Positions 1-14,010 of a stretch of 64,000 nt of DNA are shown here, piece after piece. The notes under the pieces are model-generated. The model saw only the letters and a program-made list of their open reading frames with translations. It did no database searches and was not told where the DNA came from. Numbering within the stretch: position 1 is the first letter of the stretch; each line of letters opens with the position of its first letter. The stretch is from Takakia lepidozioides (Eukaryota; Plantae; Bryophyta), in NCBI GenBank assembly GCA_030704615.1, contig CM060731.1:65782001-65846000 (forward strand), in the 5' to 3' direction. The translations under genes and the position numbers were made by a program.

Positions 1-97
1 AGAATGTAAGAAATTTAAAGAGCCTTACGATGTACAGATCCTCCTTAACAATATAAATTAGCAAGTTACATCCATACTGTAGGTAACACACACCCAC

Positions 98-3000
98 CTT
101 GGCAAAGATGTCATTCCAAAGAGCACGCCATATGGAAGGACCTGGCACTTGTGCATCCTGTATAGATGGGAAAGGAGGCAAACTAGAGGCAAGGCAGAGC
201 TGCAGCGTTTGGCTTAGTGCCTTCATTAGCCCTGCTGCCAAAGTCACAGTCATACGCACCAATTGCACTGGCAGCCGTAGCACCGCCCACGCAGCCGCCA
301 ATAGTGGATACACCCCTGCACCCCCCTAACCATTATTATCTGCACAACACCTCCAACTGTGTGCATATTCATGCAATCTGCAGCTGCATTGCATCTTTCA
401 TATGATAAATAAAGCGGATTGAAGGTTACAGAAGATGCCTGATGCAAATGTGAAAGATGAGCGTAAGAATTCCTTGATCAGGAAGCTTTTTAGTGAGGCC
501 CAAGAACCCCAAGATACAATGCGACAGGAAGAGCATGAGTGCACTGTGACACCCATGAAGGGATTGAAACCAATGGGCAGAGGTCCTCACCAAGACTCCA
601 GAGAGCACTAAGAAGGACACAAAATGGCCAGATAAGATAGCTCAAAAGGCTGCTGATACTGATCAAGGTTGAGGAGATGATTGTTGATATCAGATTCCCA
701 AACGCAAGGACTCCTTCAAAAACCACAGTCCAAAGCGGCAGCAGCGCGTCGCCTAATACTGCTAGTGGCTCTACAATAGGTCGCATTAACAATGACGACA
801 AGTGTCTAACAGCCCGTACAGTCATAAGGACCCACTGAAACGCCTTTTCGCAATTCTGGAGAACAAGCATCGTACCCAAGTACTTCAATCGAGATACCAT
901 CTCCCATGCTTCTATCCACTCAAAGAGAGGACCACAGATCCGAGCCGCAGTAGCCTTGAGAACAGGAACATTCTTGTACAAGTCATAAAAACCAATCAAT
1001 ACCGTGACCACTGATACAATATAGTAAATGGTTCCACAAAGTGGCCTCATCCAGGGCCAATACAAGTGGGAAAAAATAGGATATGACTGCAGGAAGATAA
1101 CCCACGGTGGCAGTCCTGATTCCAACATCTTTAACAACCGCGGTTCAGCTGTGATAATACGTCGCAACTCAAATGGTAGCATAGGTTCAGCAAACTTAAA
1201 AACAACTAAGGTATCCCGGTATGTCTCTGCTTCATTAAATGGGTGACAAGTTTCGAATAAATAATGGTTTCTGATTTCTTCCCTTTGAAAAGTTTCTGGC
1301 AAAAAGCATGCTCCAACTTGAAGAACATCAGTCCTGCTATGGGTGCCCGGTGGTCGACCCATATCAAAGTTGTTGTAAGACAAAGCTCCACACAAGCCCC
1401 ATGCATCTGCACTTTTACCCCTATTTTCAATGGTGTTCAACGAAGATAATATACAATGGTTTCTTTGTACATTTGCCAAGTTGGCATGCAGCTCTTTTGC
1501 ATTCTCATGCCTCTCTTGGGAACAAAAAGAACACGTGCAATCCAAAACCTCTTCTTGGATGTGCTGTCTGCCTGGGGTTTTATCCTTTCCAGCACCGGAA
1601 CACCAGGCATAGCACTCCCAAGAACCTCTGCCATGACAAAGAGCACCAGTCTTTGCCTCATCATGGGGAGATGAAGGAGGTGTAAGGAACTCAAGCGTCC
1701 TTCGTGGCTCATCCTCGCAGTCCAAGAGGATGCCCGTTTTGGTAGACCTAACAGGGCCAGAGTCACTAGCCCCCTGAACACATCTTCTCTTCAGCTGACT
1801 CCAGCCTGTCACTTCAGAACTCCAGACATTATGTGAGCCATCCTCCATTTCAGCGGCCATTGCTGAAGTACACCTGCATCTACTTGCAGGACTTTCAAAT
1901 GGAAAACGTTGGTGAATGTCATCTTCTGAAGCGCTGGTAGATGTTACACCATCTCGCAAGATCGGCTCCTTCCACTCTGAAGCATAAAAAATTTGTGCAT
2001 CTCCAAGGCTGTCAAATTCCCGCTTGGTCATTGTCCTTACTTCCAGCGCAACGCACGTATCTGTCTGCCTCTCAGTCCAATCAATGTAATCAGTATAATC
2101 ACTAATATGGTCGGCTAACCTAATCTAACCTAAACAGAGTAGACAGAGATAAGTTCTAATGAACACAAAGGATCACGGGTTTTTTAACTGCTTACAAGCA
2201 TCAGGGCTATGTGAGACATGGTGAAGATGCTACCTGGAGCTCATTACTGTAATTGATGCCCCGTACATTGGCCCATGCAACCTCAAAGGCAACACATCCA
2301 TGCAGTCCATGAGAAGGCTTCTTCACACGAGCTAGAGCTTTCCACCGGCGCTGCAAAGACTCCCTTAATAAAGACCAGCCGGACTTGTCACTATCTTGTT
2401 GCTCACATTTAGACCCTGCTTCTCTAATGGCATCATCTGCATTAATAGCATCACAGTAATCGTACTCCCTAAGGTGCCGTCCGGCAGACTTTCTTCTCCG
2501 GTTGGCAAATGGTGAGACCCTTGACTGCACACACTCCACAACAATTAGGCAAAGTTACCCAATCAGATGAGTCAGCACTGGCATCCGTAGCTAACAGTCA
2601 GCAGTTTCTGTCGATACCATGCTGAGGTGCATCCAATACCTGGTGGACCATTTTGGCAGCATTTTCACTTCGAACAGGGATGCTACATAAGGGAAAGTGA
2701 ATTTCACAGCTGTGTTAGAATAGGGATGATGAAAGAGGATTGTGACCTGCGTCACCATAAGCTGCCACAGCTCGGCAGGCCTACTGCGGTGCTCTTTCGT
2801 AGTCCAAGGACCATTGTCCACAATAAACACCAACTTCAAGCTATCGCCCCCCACCAGCAGAAATAATCTGGACACATACGATTGCATGTCCCTGCACAAT
2901 TCGACTCATCAAGATTCATTCCTTCTCAAACTAGCTACGACGCCAGGACCCCTCCACCCAAGTACAGATTTGCACCCTTCCTAAGCGTGTGCAGATCCCG

Positions 3001-3474
3001 TGATGAAACTGCACCTAGAAGACTCCTAACGAAGGACAGCGTCACATGATTCTTAAATTGCAAAACTGTACAGATACCCGCGTCAATTCGGGGAACTAAC
3101 ACCCACTAATTAGCCTCACACCATCTTGTCTCCAGAGGCCGTTCAAAACCACGTGCGTGGGTAACGAGCTACAAGTCCTGTACGCACAATCGCACACAAA
3201 GTCAAGCGCCTCATTGACCTGCCAAGCTCATCGACCTCGGTGCTCCAATCTTCGCTTTCAATCCCAAGCGAAACTGGTACCTCGGAAACACACAGGATTT
3301 GAGGAACTTGACAAATGAAACCTCAAATTCTCTCTGCAGAGGAAGTAATCAGGCAAACCCAATAACAGACAAAGAGTTCCAGCGCATTGGACCATAAACA
3401 TACCGGATTTGAAGATTGGAGAGGGTGTATAACCGGCCTTGCTGCTTCCTCGTCATGTGTGCGTGCAGAGCCAT
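98..3474 (-). CDS. Conserved plant uncharacterised membrane protein, multi-exon, 3' end outside the window
   Basis: GT-AG spliced exons 3474-3404 (MALHAH...LSNLQIR), 2891-2747 (DMQSYVSRLF...RPAELWQLMVTQ), 2524-2234 (SRVSPFAN...GINYSNELQ), 2064-591 (TDTCVALE...FLQSYPIFSHLYWPWMRP...GFYDLYKNVP...) and 315-98 (...IWRALWNDIFAK) join in consistent phase. The C-terminal third has hydrophobic segments. The motifs recall a land-plant family of unknown function. Confidence 0.85.
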
Positions 3475-3825
3475 CCAACATCAGAGTGCAGACGCATGGC
3501 AGATGGGATTGGAACCGCCCCGCCACCGTGCTCCACCTTTCCAAGTCCGATCTGTGCACACTCTCACACACCCACACGAGCACACACAGCGTGGGTGAGA
3601 TGTGTGCGAGGGCAGGTCTCAACTCTCAACTATAATTGAGAGCAGCCTCAGCCTGGCTGGCCCAGTGGCCCCGCTGCGCGTCTCTCGGCATTCTCACGTT
3701 GCACCCCTCAACCATCGCCTCTCTTGTCTCCAACTGCCCTCCTTTTGCTCTTTTGCTCTTTTGCTCTTTGCTTTTCTTCTGCCTTATGTGATAAATGCCA
3801 TGTTAGGGCCCTCTCTGGTCAGTGG

Positions 3826-4665
3826 GGTTATGATGGTGGGTTTTTTGCTACTAAAAGGACCCCATCATACCGTCCCGGTTTTTCTTTTTCTGCATACGCA
3901 TTTGGTTTAGATGTGTAATTTGGGACCGGTCGGTCAAACAGACAAACATGTGAAAATCACAGAGTAGTTGAATCTGATGGTGGGTTCTTTGCTATTAAAA
4001 AGACCCATCTTTCTTTTGATCATATCATCCCAGTGTTTTTTTTCCGCACACGCATTTGGATTGCATGTCTAATAGGGGACGGGTCAATCAAACATACAAA
4101 CATGTGAAAGTCACACAGTTGTTGATTGTGATGGTGGGTTGTTTGCTTTCATCATATCATCCCAGTTTTTTGTTTTTTGCACACACATTTGGATTGAGTT
4201 TGTAATTGGGGACATGTCGATCAAACATACAACATGTGAAAGTCACACAGTTGTTGATTGTGATGGTGGGTTGTTTGCTTTCATCATATCATCCCAGTTT
4301 TTTGTTTTTTGCACACACATTTGGATTGAGTTTGTAATTGGGGACATGTCGATCAAACATACAAACATGTGAAAAGTCACACAGTTGTTGATTGTGATGG
4401 TGGGTTGTTTGCTTTCATCATATCATCCCAGTTTTTTGTTTTTTGCACACACATTTGGATTGAGTTTGTAATAGGGGACATGTCGATCAAACATACAAAC
4501 ATGTGACAGTGACACAGTTGTTGCTTGAGATGGTGGGTTTTTTGCTGTTAAGAAGACCCATCTTTCTTTTGATCATACCATCCCAGTATTTCGTTGTTTG
4601 CGCACACGCGTTTGGATTGTGTGTCTAATAGGGGACTGGTCAATAAACCGACAAAACATGTGATT
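3826..4665. repeat. Tandem repeat, ~133-bp unit: 3 near-identical copies plus diverged flanking copies
   Basis: The unit catgtgaaagtcacacagttgttgattgtgatggtgggttgtttgctttcatcatatcatcccag...catacaa starts at ~4101, ~4233 and ~4366. Longer diverged versions lie at ~3826-3946, ~3947-4100 and ~4500-4665. Confidence 0.9.
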
Positions 4666-6402
4666 GACTGTGATGCTGTTTTGATGGAGCGTCAGCATAT
4701 CATACAGTAGGCAACAGCTTGCATATGTCAGAGTATGTTTGCTTTAGACAATGAGATAGCGGCATGGCTTGTGATTGGATCAGACACAGACTTGTTTGAA
4801 TTTTGAACAGGCTGTGGCTGCAGGCTGGCTAGTTGGTTTAACCAAGGACCTTGCCAGAAGCTGAAAAAGAACTCAGCATCAATAGCAAGATGGTGAAAGA
4901 ATGGGTGTAATGATTTCTAATTGCAAAGGCTTTTTAGGCCTGCGCATGACTGGAAAGCAAAAGAACACATGAATTGATCATTACAAAAAATTTCAACACT
5001 GCGACGGATGGCAAAATAAGTTTTGAATTTGTTTCTATTTTATAGAAATATTGCAAGTAAATACATCCCCTCACTTTGAGTGCTGCCCTGAACCTAACCC
5101 CGGTTAGAGAAGCCAGGGATGAACATTGGCAACCCACTGTACAGCCAAATCTGTGGTGGTTGGTTGGATCCCATGATTTCCACCAAATGATGGTCCCTTT
5201 GTATCCACCCTATGTTGGAGAGGATGCTTGTGGTTTGGAGTTTAGAGGAGACGGTGGCTCTTTTTTCCACCTCTTTGCAATACAATTTGGGGCTCTGTTC
5301 CCTTCCCGCCACCAAAAAAACAAAAAAAAAGAGAAAAAGAGGAGAGATCTGATCCCTCAAAACCCATTGGTTTTCAGCTGTGGACTTCACTCACATCACA
5401 CCCCATCCCATCACATCACATCACATCACCATTGCAAATTTGTAGATTAGCAGCAGAGAAATTGCAAGTGACCGTTGGGCTGCCCATCCTTGACTCACCT
5501 TTGGCAACCCCTACAAATGGCACTACAAAGAACTACAAACAAAACATCTCTGAAAACTCTGAAAGATTGTGGGGAGGCGGTGGGTTATCTGGTGAAAGAT
5601 GTGCTAACCAAGTTCCTCTGCTTTCAACCTGAACAATCCTCAGATACCTAAACCTGCTAAGGACCAACTGTTAGATGGGTCCCCTGTCTCAGGGCAACAC
5701 GAAAACAACACTCATTGCACAAGTCTATCTAAAGAAGGGCTAACATATTGTTTGGAGAAAACGAAGGACAAAGTATAATGTAAAGAGCTACTTCTAAGAA
5801 CTCTGTTGCACTCCAGCTAAAGAGAGCAGAAAAATACTTAGGGAAAAGCTCATTGTTCCTTTTGGGACTGACAGGTTTCCAGTAGATTAAAAATAGTAAC
5901 GTGTCCACATTGCCAAAATCCAGATCAATAATCCAGCTAAATAAAACCATGAAACTTCAATCCGGCAGTCTGGCTACAATTACATCCAACATGTTACACA
6001 AGTCTTGTAACATAATTTTTGGAAGCAGACATCATAAATGAGTGCGGACTTGTGCTTTATCTACCCTAAAATGACGCTCATATGCCAATGTAGTAACCCC
6101 CATTTGACAGGCAACTCTGATGGGAGAGTGTATCATTGGCAGCATATAAAGGAATGCCCACACCCAGTTATATGAAACATAAGCATACCAAGGGGCTCCG
6201 CTATGAGATACAATTATTTACAGCAACAATTAACAAGATGTACATACTCAGAGGACCCCATTAATGTGTTCTTTATACAGTTAGCTACTGTTAACTAATG
6301 ACTCAGAGATGGTCAGTCATTCAATTTAAGAAAGTTGAGCATAAAGTCACAAAAGTGATTGGGAAAGCAATGACACAGTAAATCTGGCAATCTGTTGGTG
6401 AA

Positions 6403-8294
6403 TCAGTGGAAAGGCCCTAAAACTGCATTTACTGCCAACAGAAAAAGGATAAAGACAACAAGTAAAAGGGCATACCGACGCCAAGCGTCTCCTTGCACTG
6501 CTTTAACAGCCGTAACACGTGCACTACAATCACCAGAAACACTCAAAAGCGCCCGACCATCTGGGGAGAACTCCATGGCCGTCACAAAGACCATGTGCGC
6601 TCGTTTTAACCTCTGCTGTATTGATAATGTAGCTGAGTCAATGATGGAAATGTCTCCCTCGCTACTTCCAATAGCAAGCAACCTGCACAATCAATATCCT
6701 TTGTCAAGACTTCACTTGCTTAGTGGTGTATCTATAAATAGGGCCCCAGTGTGGTGGACGGAGCTGGCAGAAATTGGAAGACATTCATAAGATGTAACCC
6801 ACAACTGCCAATAAATTTGCAGAGAGGGAAGTGGATGCAGTGGCAAGGACTCAATTCTGCCTCCTTACTGCAGTGAATACATAGTGATACTTGGAGATCA
6901 TAGTGACCTTCCACAAAATCTAAGGGCCTGGACAAACAGCAAAACACTCCCCCTAACCCAGGTCTGACATAATCTTGGTATCAGGAAGGTCGTTCTTTTG
7001 AAAAGACCCAGGGCTCAGTCAGGTAAGAGCCAATGTACAAGGTTGCATCTCATTTGACAGTTACAATGGAGCCCATAGCATCACATGAACACAAAATCTG
7101 TGGTTGACCCAGCTTCCTGCAGAGTCTGTGTCAATTCCTACAAAAACAATTCGTTCATTTGAGGTCGGTTGTGATGCAATTACCTGCCATCTCGAGAACT
7201 GGCAAAGGCAGAAATAGGGTCTTCTTGCAACTTCCGTGACCTCACCCTCTGCCATGAAGAAGTATTGAATGTTGAAACGAATCCTTTCCCTTCCTTTCTA
7301 GAGGTCACAAACAGAAGAGGCTTGGTGCCATCTCGAGAGAATCTCGCGAATCCATAGCCTTCCCCTTTTGTTGCTTGAAGAGAAGCCACCGCAGTGCCTT
7401 TAGAAAGATCCCATATTCGGCACCCACTATCATCAGATGATGAGACAAGAAACGCAGCATCCAAACTGAAGTCTACACCTTTGATTGACTTGTGAGCTCC
7501 AGCTTGGTCAAGAATCACCTGCAGATATTGCCAGTATCGATAAGATACGCTTCCAATTTAGAACACAGCTAAAGGACATCAACTTAGGGTTTCAAACTTA
7601 GGGTTTAAGCAAATACCCGGGTGCTGTCTCAGAGAAGGAGACAGATTGACAGACTGAAGCCACATCGCTATGCGAGAGCTCACATCCCCACACGAAAATG
7701 TTGCAGTAGAATTGGGCACTATCACACCTTCAACCGTCATAAATCTGTTACGAACTACTGTGGCTTTCAAGGGTATGTCACTGCAAATTTTACCTTGAAG
7801 CTCGGCCACTCAACCACGCGCAAATGGCCGTCCTCAGCCCCAGTCGCTAACCGAGTCCCATCGGCGCTAAATGCCAAGGAATTCTGCTCTCCTACGGATT
7901 GCAGAAGCTGGATTTCTCTCTCTTCAGATGCGATTCTGACTTCCCCTCCCTCCACCCTCTTCACGGCAAAAAGGCGACAGTCCTCTTCAAATGAACAAAG
8001 CACACCCCCTCCACCGGGATGTACAGCCATTCTCAAGGGGAGATCATTGTCTGTAGAGAAAGTATGAAGTGCATCCGAGAGCACGGTCGTGCTGAAATTA
8101 TACTGCGCCAGCAACAAGCAATTCGGTATACCATTGCGGCCGGTCCCGCCCCCTCCAGCCAAAATCACGAGCCCTTCTTCCTCCGTCCCTTCATTACTCC
8201 CCTCCTCCTCCCTCACCTCCGGCAGATGCTCCACCCACGCCCCTGAGAACAGCGGCATCGGGTACTTCTTGGAGCATTGCAAATACCGATTCAT
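6403..8294 (-). CDS. SEC12: SEC12-like WD40 protein (Sar1 guanine-nucleotide exchange factor, SEC12-like 2 type)
   Basis: Three exons, 8294-7794, 7518-7184 and 6682-6403, with GT-AG junctions in phase. It has the Sec12 K-loop-like motif ILAGGGGTGRNGIPN, WD40 repeats (LAFSADGTRLATGAEDGHLRVVEW; AHKSIKGVDFSLDAAFLVSSSDDSGCRIWD) and a C-terminal transmembrane helix (YALLLVVFILFLLAV). Confidence 0.92.
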
Positions 8295-9489
8295 GCTTGC
8301 ACTCCTCCCCTCTCAAATCTGTAACCCACCTCAACCCAGCGCACCACACCAAAAACGAAACAAAACCCAACTCCCAGGCACTGTGTATCCTGCAACTGCC
8401 AAATCTAAAAGTATGGCCAACACCCTGTGCACACACCCCGACACAACAATTTCTACATGAACTTATGAAGTCGAAGCTCCACTTTTTGAGAGAGAACCGC
8501 AAAAGGAGTCTCCTAATTTAGACAGACCTTCGGATGTGTCATCGGCACTAATCACGGCAAAGAAGATTATGAAAATAGAGATCAGTGGGAAGGCACAAAG
8601 CAGTGAAAAGGAAATAGGGTTTCGATTTCGAGAAAAAGAATGGCTTCTCATCATTTTTGGTTTGTGTGGCAGCTGCTGGCATTCATGCCTGTGCAGTGAT
8701 CAAACACCTAAGTGTAGCATTTCTGTGTTTCAGAAGAGACAATCTGTTCTGCAATGTCAACAGTCTGTCTGATCATTTTTGGGTGAATTTGAGTGAAGTA
8801 TAGGGTAGTACAAGTTATGGCTTGACAAGTTAATGAACTGTGCATAACTTTTTGTGCTTTGAACTTTTGAGGTCATGTAATACCTTAATAGAACGGGGTT
8901 TGTATAGGACAGATTTCTTTAGTTGAAAGTTTAATGAATTTTTGCGTGTTTAGAAGTACAATTTGTGGTGCATGCATCATGCAAGGCATCTTGGGCATGG
9001 AAGAACAGCCTGCCATATTACAGATTCAAGACATGGACACACAAAAGTTTCTTGGAGCTTGTTTTAGAAGATAACGGTACCATTGGAAAGCTCTTCATCC
9101 GCCCCATCTTTTTGTAGTTAGAGCAATTTCCAATAGACCTCATCTACTTGCAATAATTTGAGTTTTTCACAAGTTACCATAATAGGTACACTTACTAAAT
9201 TGCAATTTTGGTACCTTGTTGTAACCACTCTAAAAAATAAAGATTGTAGTCATGCCAAAACATTGACCTTTCTACCCTTGGGATTTAAACAACTATGGCT
9301 TCATAAGGAGACACCTATTGTCAACAGTAGTCAGAAGGTGAAGTGGCTCTTAGTTAGGCCGGTTTTAGCTCGAGTCTTCTTCTTTCTCTCTTTTAGAAAG
9401 AACAATTTGTGTCATCAACAGCGCGGATGTCTGCCTATGATGAAGGTCGTTGAATACTCAGACTGATGTGGTGTGAAATTTTGTTTGGT

Positions 9490-9960
9490 GTCACTCCTTG
9501 CTATATCATCTGGTCATAGATCTCGAAAGCCTCACTATCGTTCTCATGCTGAGTATGTACTGCAATCATCGCATTCCATGAGACCACATTTCGTTCAACC
9601 ATATTTTTGACCACTTGATGTGGTTCCTTACAATCCTATACTTGGCATACATAACAGCAGGGGTAGTTTCTAGAATGATATTTTGCGTACTGTCAGCTTT
9701 CAGTGATGTCATGGACCTCTTTGCCATTTTTCCATGACTCCTAGGCCAAATGTGACCTTATCAGACATCACTCCTCCTTGCAACATTTGCTCATAATTCC
9801 CAAAAGCCTCTCTACCACACCCATAATCAGCCTTTGTGGTCAACACTTCCAATCACTTCTATCATTTCTAAGAAATCAGTTGGACTCCGTGAAAGCTGAG
9901 ACTTATCATGGCATTCCAAGAGACTAAATTTCATTTAGCCACTGATCAAGGGCTAGGTTA
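9490..9960 (-). pseudogene. Degenerate PLS-type pentatricopeptide repeat (PPR) fragment
   Basis: The reverse strand reads SWNAMIS (~9920), QMLQGGVMSDKVTF, GKEVH, MYAKY and KNMVERNVVSWNAMIA. These lie in broken frames with no long ORF. Confidence 0.65.
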
Positions 9961-12900
9961 TTAGTTTGAATGTTATGGTATGGTACTTATTCATGGTTTT
10001 GTGGGACACAAGCATCAAGTCTGCAAAATACCTGGGCATCAAAGCAAAATAAAAGAAGATAAGCGGGTGGGAGCCAGTTAAAGATCTTGAGCCTAGGGTT
10101 TAGGGCTTAGCACTGCTCTTAGCCATCACGACTGGTGAACGAGGTTCAAACGTAATCCATCTCCCTCACCACCACAGCTAGTGCAGCTTGACTTATGATC
10201 GAGTTCCTGGGCCAATGCAAGGATCATACAAGTAGTCATCATACTGGTTCCATGTCCACCGAGAACCATCCCCTCCACTAGGCCTTGGGCGGTTCGCTAC
10301 AGGACCACCGGAGTAGCCGATGTAGGAATGACTCACAATGTACAATTCCCTCAAACTTTGGCGCATGGAGACTTGCTTATCTTACCGTATATCCTTGCAG
10401 CCAAACATGTATCATGTCTGCCCAATTACGAGTCCTTGGTCACACACGTAGAGAGAGCTATTAGGGAAATCCTTATTTAGAGATAGATGGGATCCCCCTC
10501 CATGAATCTTAACACCGCCCTCTCTACACTGCCAAAAGTACCCGGAATTCAAGAAGTGGAAAGGGCTACAGAATTTGACAATTTCACCTGTGTCTCAGTA
10601 GCAGCAGCACAATGCTGGAAGTACAACTATTGGAGATTGCCGATGTAAAAGTCATCCACCAATTCAAACACTTTGGTTCCATGCTGTGGCCTGACCCCAT
10701 GCCCTTCTCACATTTATTAGACCCTGCCTCATAACCTTGCCTTTCTGACATGTTTGAGCCTTCTTTCATATCTTCTAAATGAGGGTTACTAGCCATCTAA
10801 CATAGGCCTATTCTTTCACATGGCTTCTTCTACTTCTCTAGCAGCAGTTACATCATGTGGAAGGGTTCCTATAAATTATCGTATAAATTCTGCATTGGCG
10901 GATGATTACAGAAGCAGGCCCTACACCCCCACATGTCTATTTAGAGGATTCCACTGTGCTTTGTTTAGGTCTCAGGCTACATGGCTGTCTGCAGCTGTCA
11001 AGCCTACATACTCACAGGCACATTGAACATAAATATTGGAGGAAATCCAATTCCACAGAGAGCAGATGGCAGAGGTACCCAAAAAAGCCCTTGGTTGAGT
11101 CTCCGCCAGCATGCACAAGAATGGCATCGCCACCAGGATGCTCCTCGACATACGATGTCACATTGTACACCTGTCACCCACCGCATCACCTTCTGTTCGC
11201 TTTAATCATTTTCAACTCTTGCTTGCCTTCCTCTCTCTTGGACAGTCAATTGAACACCACTAACCTTGACCCTTCCCCCCTGCCGCCCTTATCTGCTGCA
11301 TCGAAGAAAGCATGTATGGCTCTATTCTATCAATTGCAGTTTTGTCACATGGAAGCACCCATGCTGTTTCCCTATTATGGCATCAAATCACAGGTGTTCT
11401 CTGTTATATGTCTAAAACTTAAGACAAATTGTCAACAAGTATATACTGATGGCTGAAGTTGAACAAAAAGTTGACGTGTTACAATCTTCTCTCAATGTGG
11501 CACATTTTTGCATGATACAGTTTAGCATACGTGCTGGCATTGTGTTTGTACTAGAAACTACGGGTCCAGCCCGCTGGTAGAGCCCTCTAGCTGGAAATAG
11601 ATGCAACAAAGCTGGTTGTTTGAAGGGTATGTAACCATTCACACTCCTAAGAGAAAGGGCAGGATTGCATGAAATCCCTCTCTGTCAGAGACTGAGATTA
11701 GACTCAAGTTCCAATGATACAGCTGCAAGGGCTTTATGACTTAAATTGTTATTCTTTCTATCGATTTTGTATACCTGACATGCAAATACTCTCCACTCAA
11801 TCAGGGTCCGTTCCAGAGTTGGTAGTCGCTTCTGAAAAATGGGCAGACATTACAGATCCTGTAGCTACTGGAAACCTAAACACTCTAAGCTTACCACCAT
11901 ATAAAGAAGTCTATTAAACCGGGACAAGAGATGACGTCCTCTCCTTGCAGAATTTCTGAGAACACTCCCAATGACGTACATTAAAGGGCCGAATCCTCAC
12001 GACGTAGGGACTTCCTCAGGATCCCACTTAGAAATTGACTCATGGGGTCTGAAATTTCTCAGCCGGAAATTGCAACAGACCACGACTCCCTTACAAGGGG
12101 AGCAACCTATTCATTTTGGGGCTACATGTATAATACTCGAAAACACCATGAGACAAACCTTGCTTTTCACAATAATCCAACAATCGTTTCTGGTGCGGTG
12201 CTCTGCTACTTCAGCTTCTGTAAAGGTCCGCACAGTCTGTTCCAACCAACCAACCCTCCGTCAGTTCCCTCCCTCTTTCATGAACCCACAGTCTAGCGCA
12301 CACCTTTAGAACAAGACAGATGAAATGTACCCAATGCTTTGGCATTACACGCACGGTGTAGCTTTCGTCTCCTAAACAAACTCCTTCCCAGTGGAGCGAA
12401 AATCTTAGGGTCCTGCCATATCGCTCCCCGAGCCAAACGACGACACGGTTGAAAGATTGTGCAAGACTCAAGATGCATAATACTAAGAGACTGACATGGT
12501 TACTAGAAAACAGTTTGCACGGTCACATGAAAGTACGAGAGAGAGAGGAGCAGTCAAAGAGGAGAAAGGGGGACTGCCGGTGGAAAGAGAGTAGGATGAG
12601 GAAATCTGATGGGATAAAAATGCAGGGGGAGGCGGGCGATTACTCAAAGAGCACCTTCACAGTGGCATGTCCAGTGGACGACTTGCTGGAGCCTGTACGA
12701 GTGAACGCAGGAAGCAGGAAGGACACAGAAATCATGGCCGCCAGCACCAGTGTCATCAAAATGGTAAGAAAAACGGCCACCATAGCCACTAATCTCAGGG
12801 AGATCTTCCCTCCTCATATAGATCTGGGACAGGCTCACACTCTCGCTCCTAATCTTCAGCAAGGGTCCCACGAAACAGATTTGCATCTGTAGACGTTTAT

Positions 12901-13789
12901 ACATCACTTCATCCACGGATTTCAATTAGGACACAACAGCATCTACAGTAATATCTAACTGTCAGATTTTGGATTGACGGTATAGCCAGTTCTTCCCATA
13001 CAATGGTCTTACGATGACCCCTTCTAGAACTCTTCTGCACTACATGCGCTAGGCTTGCTCTGGAATTCTTCAGCACCTCCCTCAGTCTCACGTGCTCCAT
13101 TGATTTTAAAGAATTGCAGTGCCTCTTCTGCTCACCACGCAATTTTTCCATCTCCGCCTGATGCTCCTGCTCATCATGCAATTTTTTCAGCGGATACACG
13201 TTCACCTGATGTCCAGGCTCGTCTATGTTCTTCTCACCTTTAAGACAAGTACAGCATTGATTCTATGCTTGTCAAGGTTGTGCTGCTTTTAAAGATATTG
13301 AAGAATGTTTGGTTGCATGTGTGGGTGATTATGGAGGACAGGGAGCATCTGGTTGTTCGTTTATCATGATCTGACTTGGGATCGGGACAAGCGGAGTTGG
13401 GATATAGGTGGAGCAGCTGATAGGCTCACAGGGATTCTATTGAGTTATTGCAAAGAGGTCATGGATCTGTGGAGGCAGAGGTTGCACGTGTGCATTAAGT
13501 TCTTACTCCATTTCTATTATCTTCCGCCAGAACCCAGGTATGTTGGTTAGTCTCCAGCTTGCACAGGGCGCAACGGGGACATTGAAACTGAAGAACACTT
13601 TCTTCTTCTGTTGCCCTCTATACTACGAGATCCTGGGAGATTTCCACTGTCTATTCCGCGGAACCCAATCTCTCTGAAGTCTTCCACTACGAGGATCAGA
13701 AACGCTTCGCAGCTTACCTGCATGAGGGCTTCACCCTTAGACAATCCCTCGAGCAATAGTTTCATTTTTGGCTCTGGTTTTGTTTCTCT

Positions 13790-14010
13790 CTCATATTTTC
13801 TTCCATTTGGTCCCATAAGCTCTATGAGCTTGCCGCGGACGTTATAAAGTACGATTTCGTTTCGTTTCTGTTGTGCATTCTCCCTACCTTGGGTTGGGGA
13901 CATAGTTGATGTGAGCTGGGCAGCTTCCAGGTCAAGACACTGTTATGATCGTTTTCCTGCCAGTGTGAGGAGACCTGCCCATGATGAGAAACGCAAGGCC
14001 ACGTTAGCTA
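13790..14010 (-). pseudogene. Possible degenerate MYB-repeat fragment
   Basis: Frame-shifted reverse-strand peptides GKRS*QC ... GECTTE ... QAHRAYGTKWKKI resemble the MYB repeat pattern (GKxxxQC / GxWTxEE / AHxxYGNKWxxI). The similarity is weak. Confidence 0.3.

Noticed and set aside
4139-4372. 77-aa ORF with an internal duplication
   Set aside because: It is a translation artefact of the 133-bp tandem repeat.
7584-7608. TTAGGGTTT motifs here and at ~10095 and ~43046 as interstitial telomere
   Set aside because: Only 1-2 units are present, consistent with common plant telo-box motifs.
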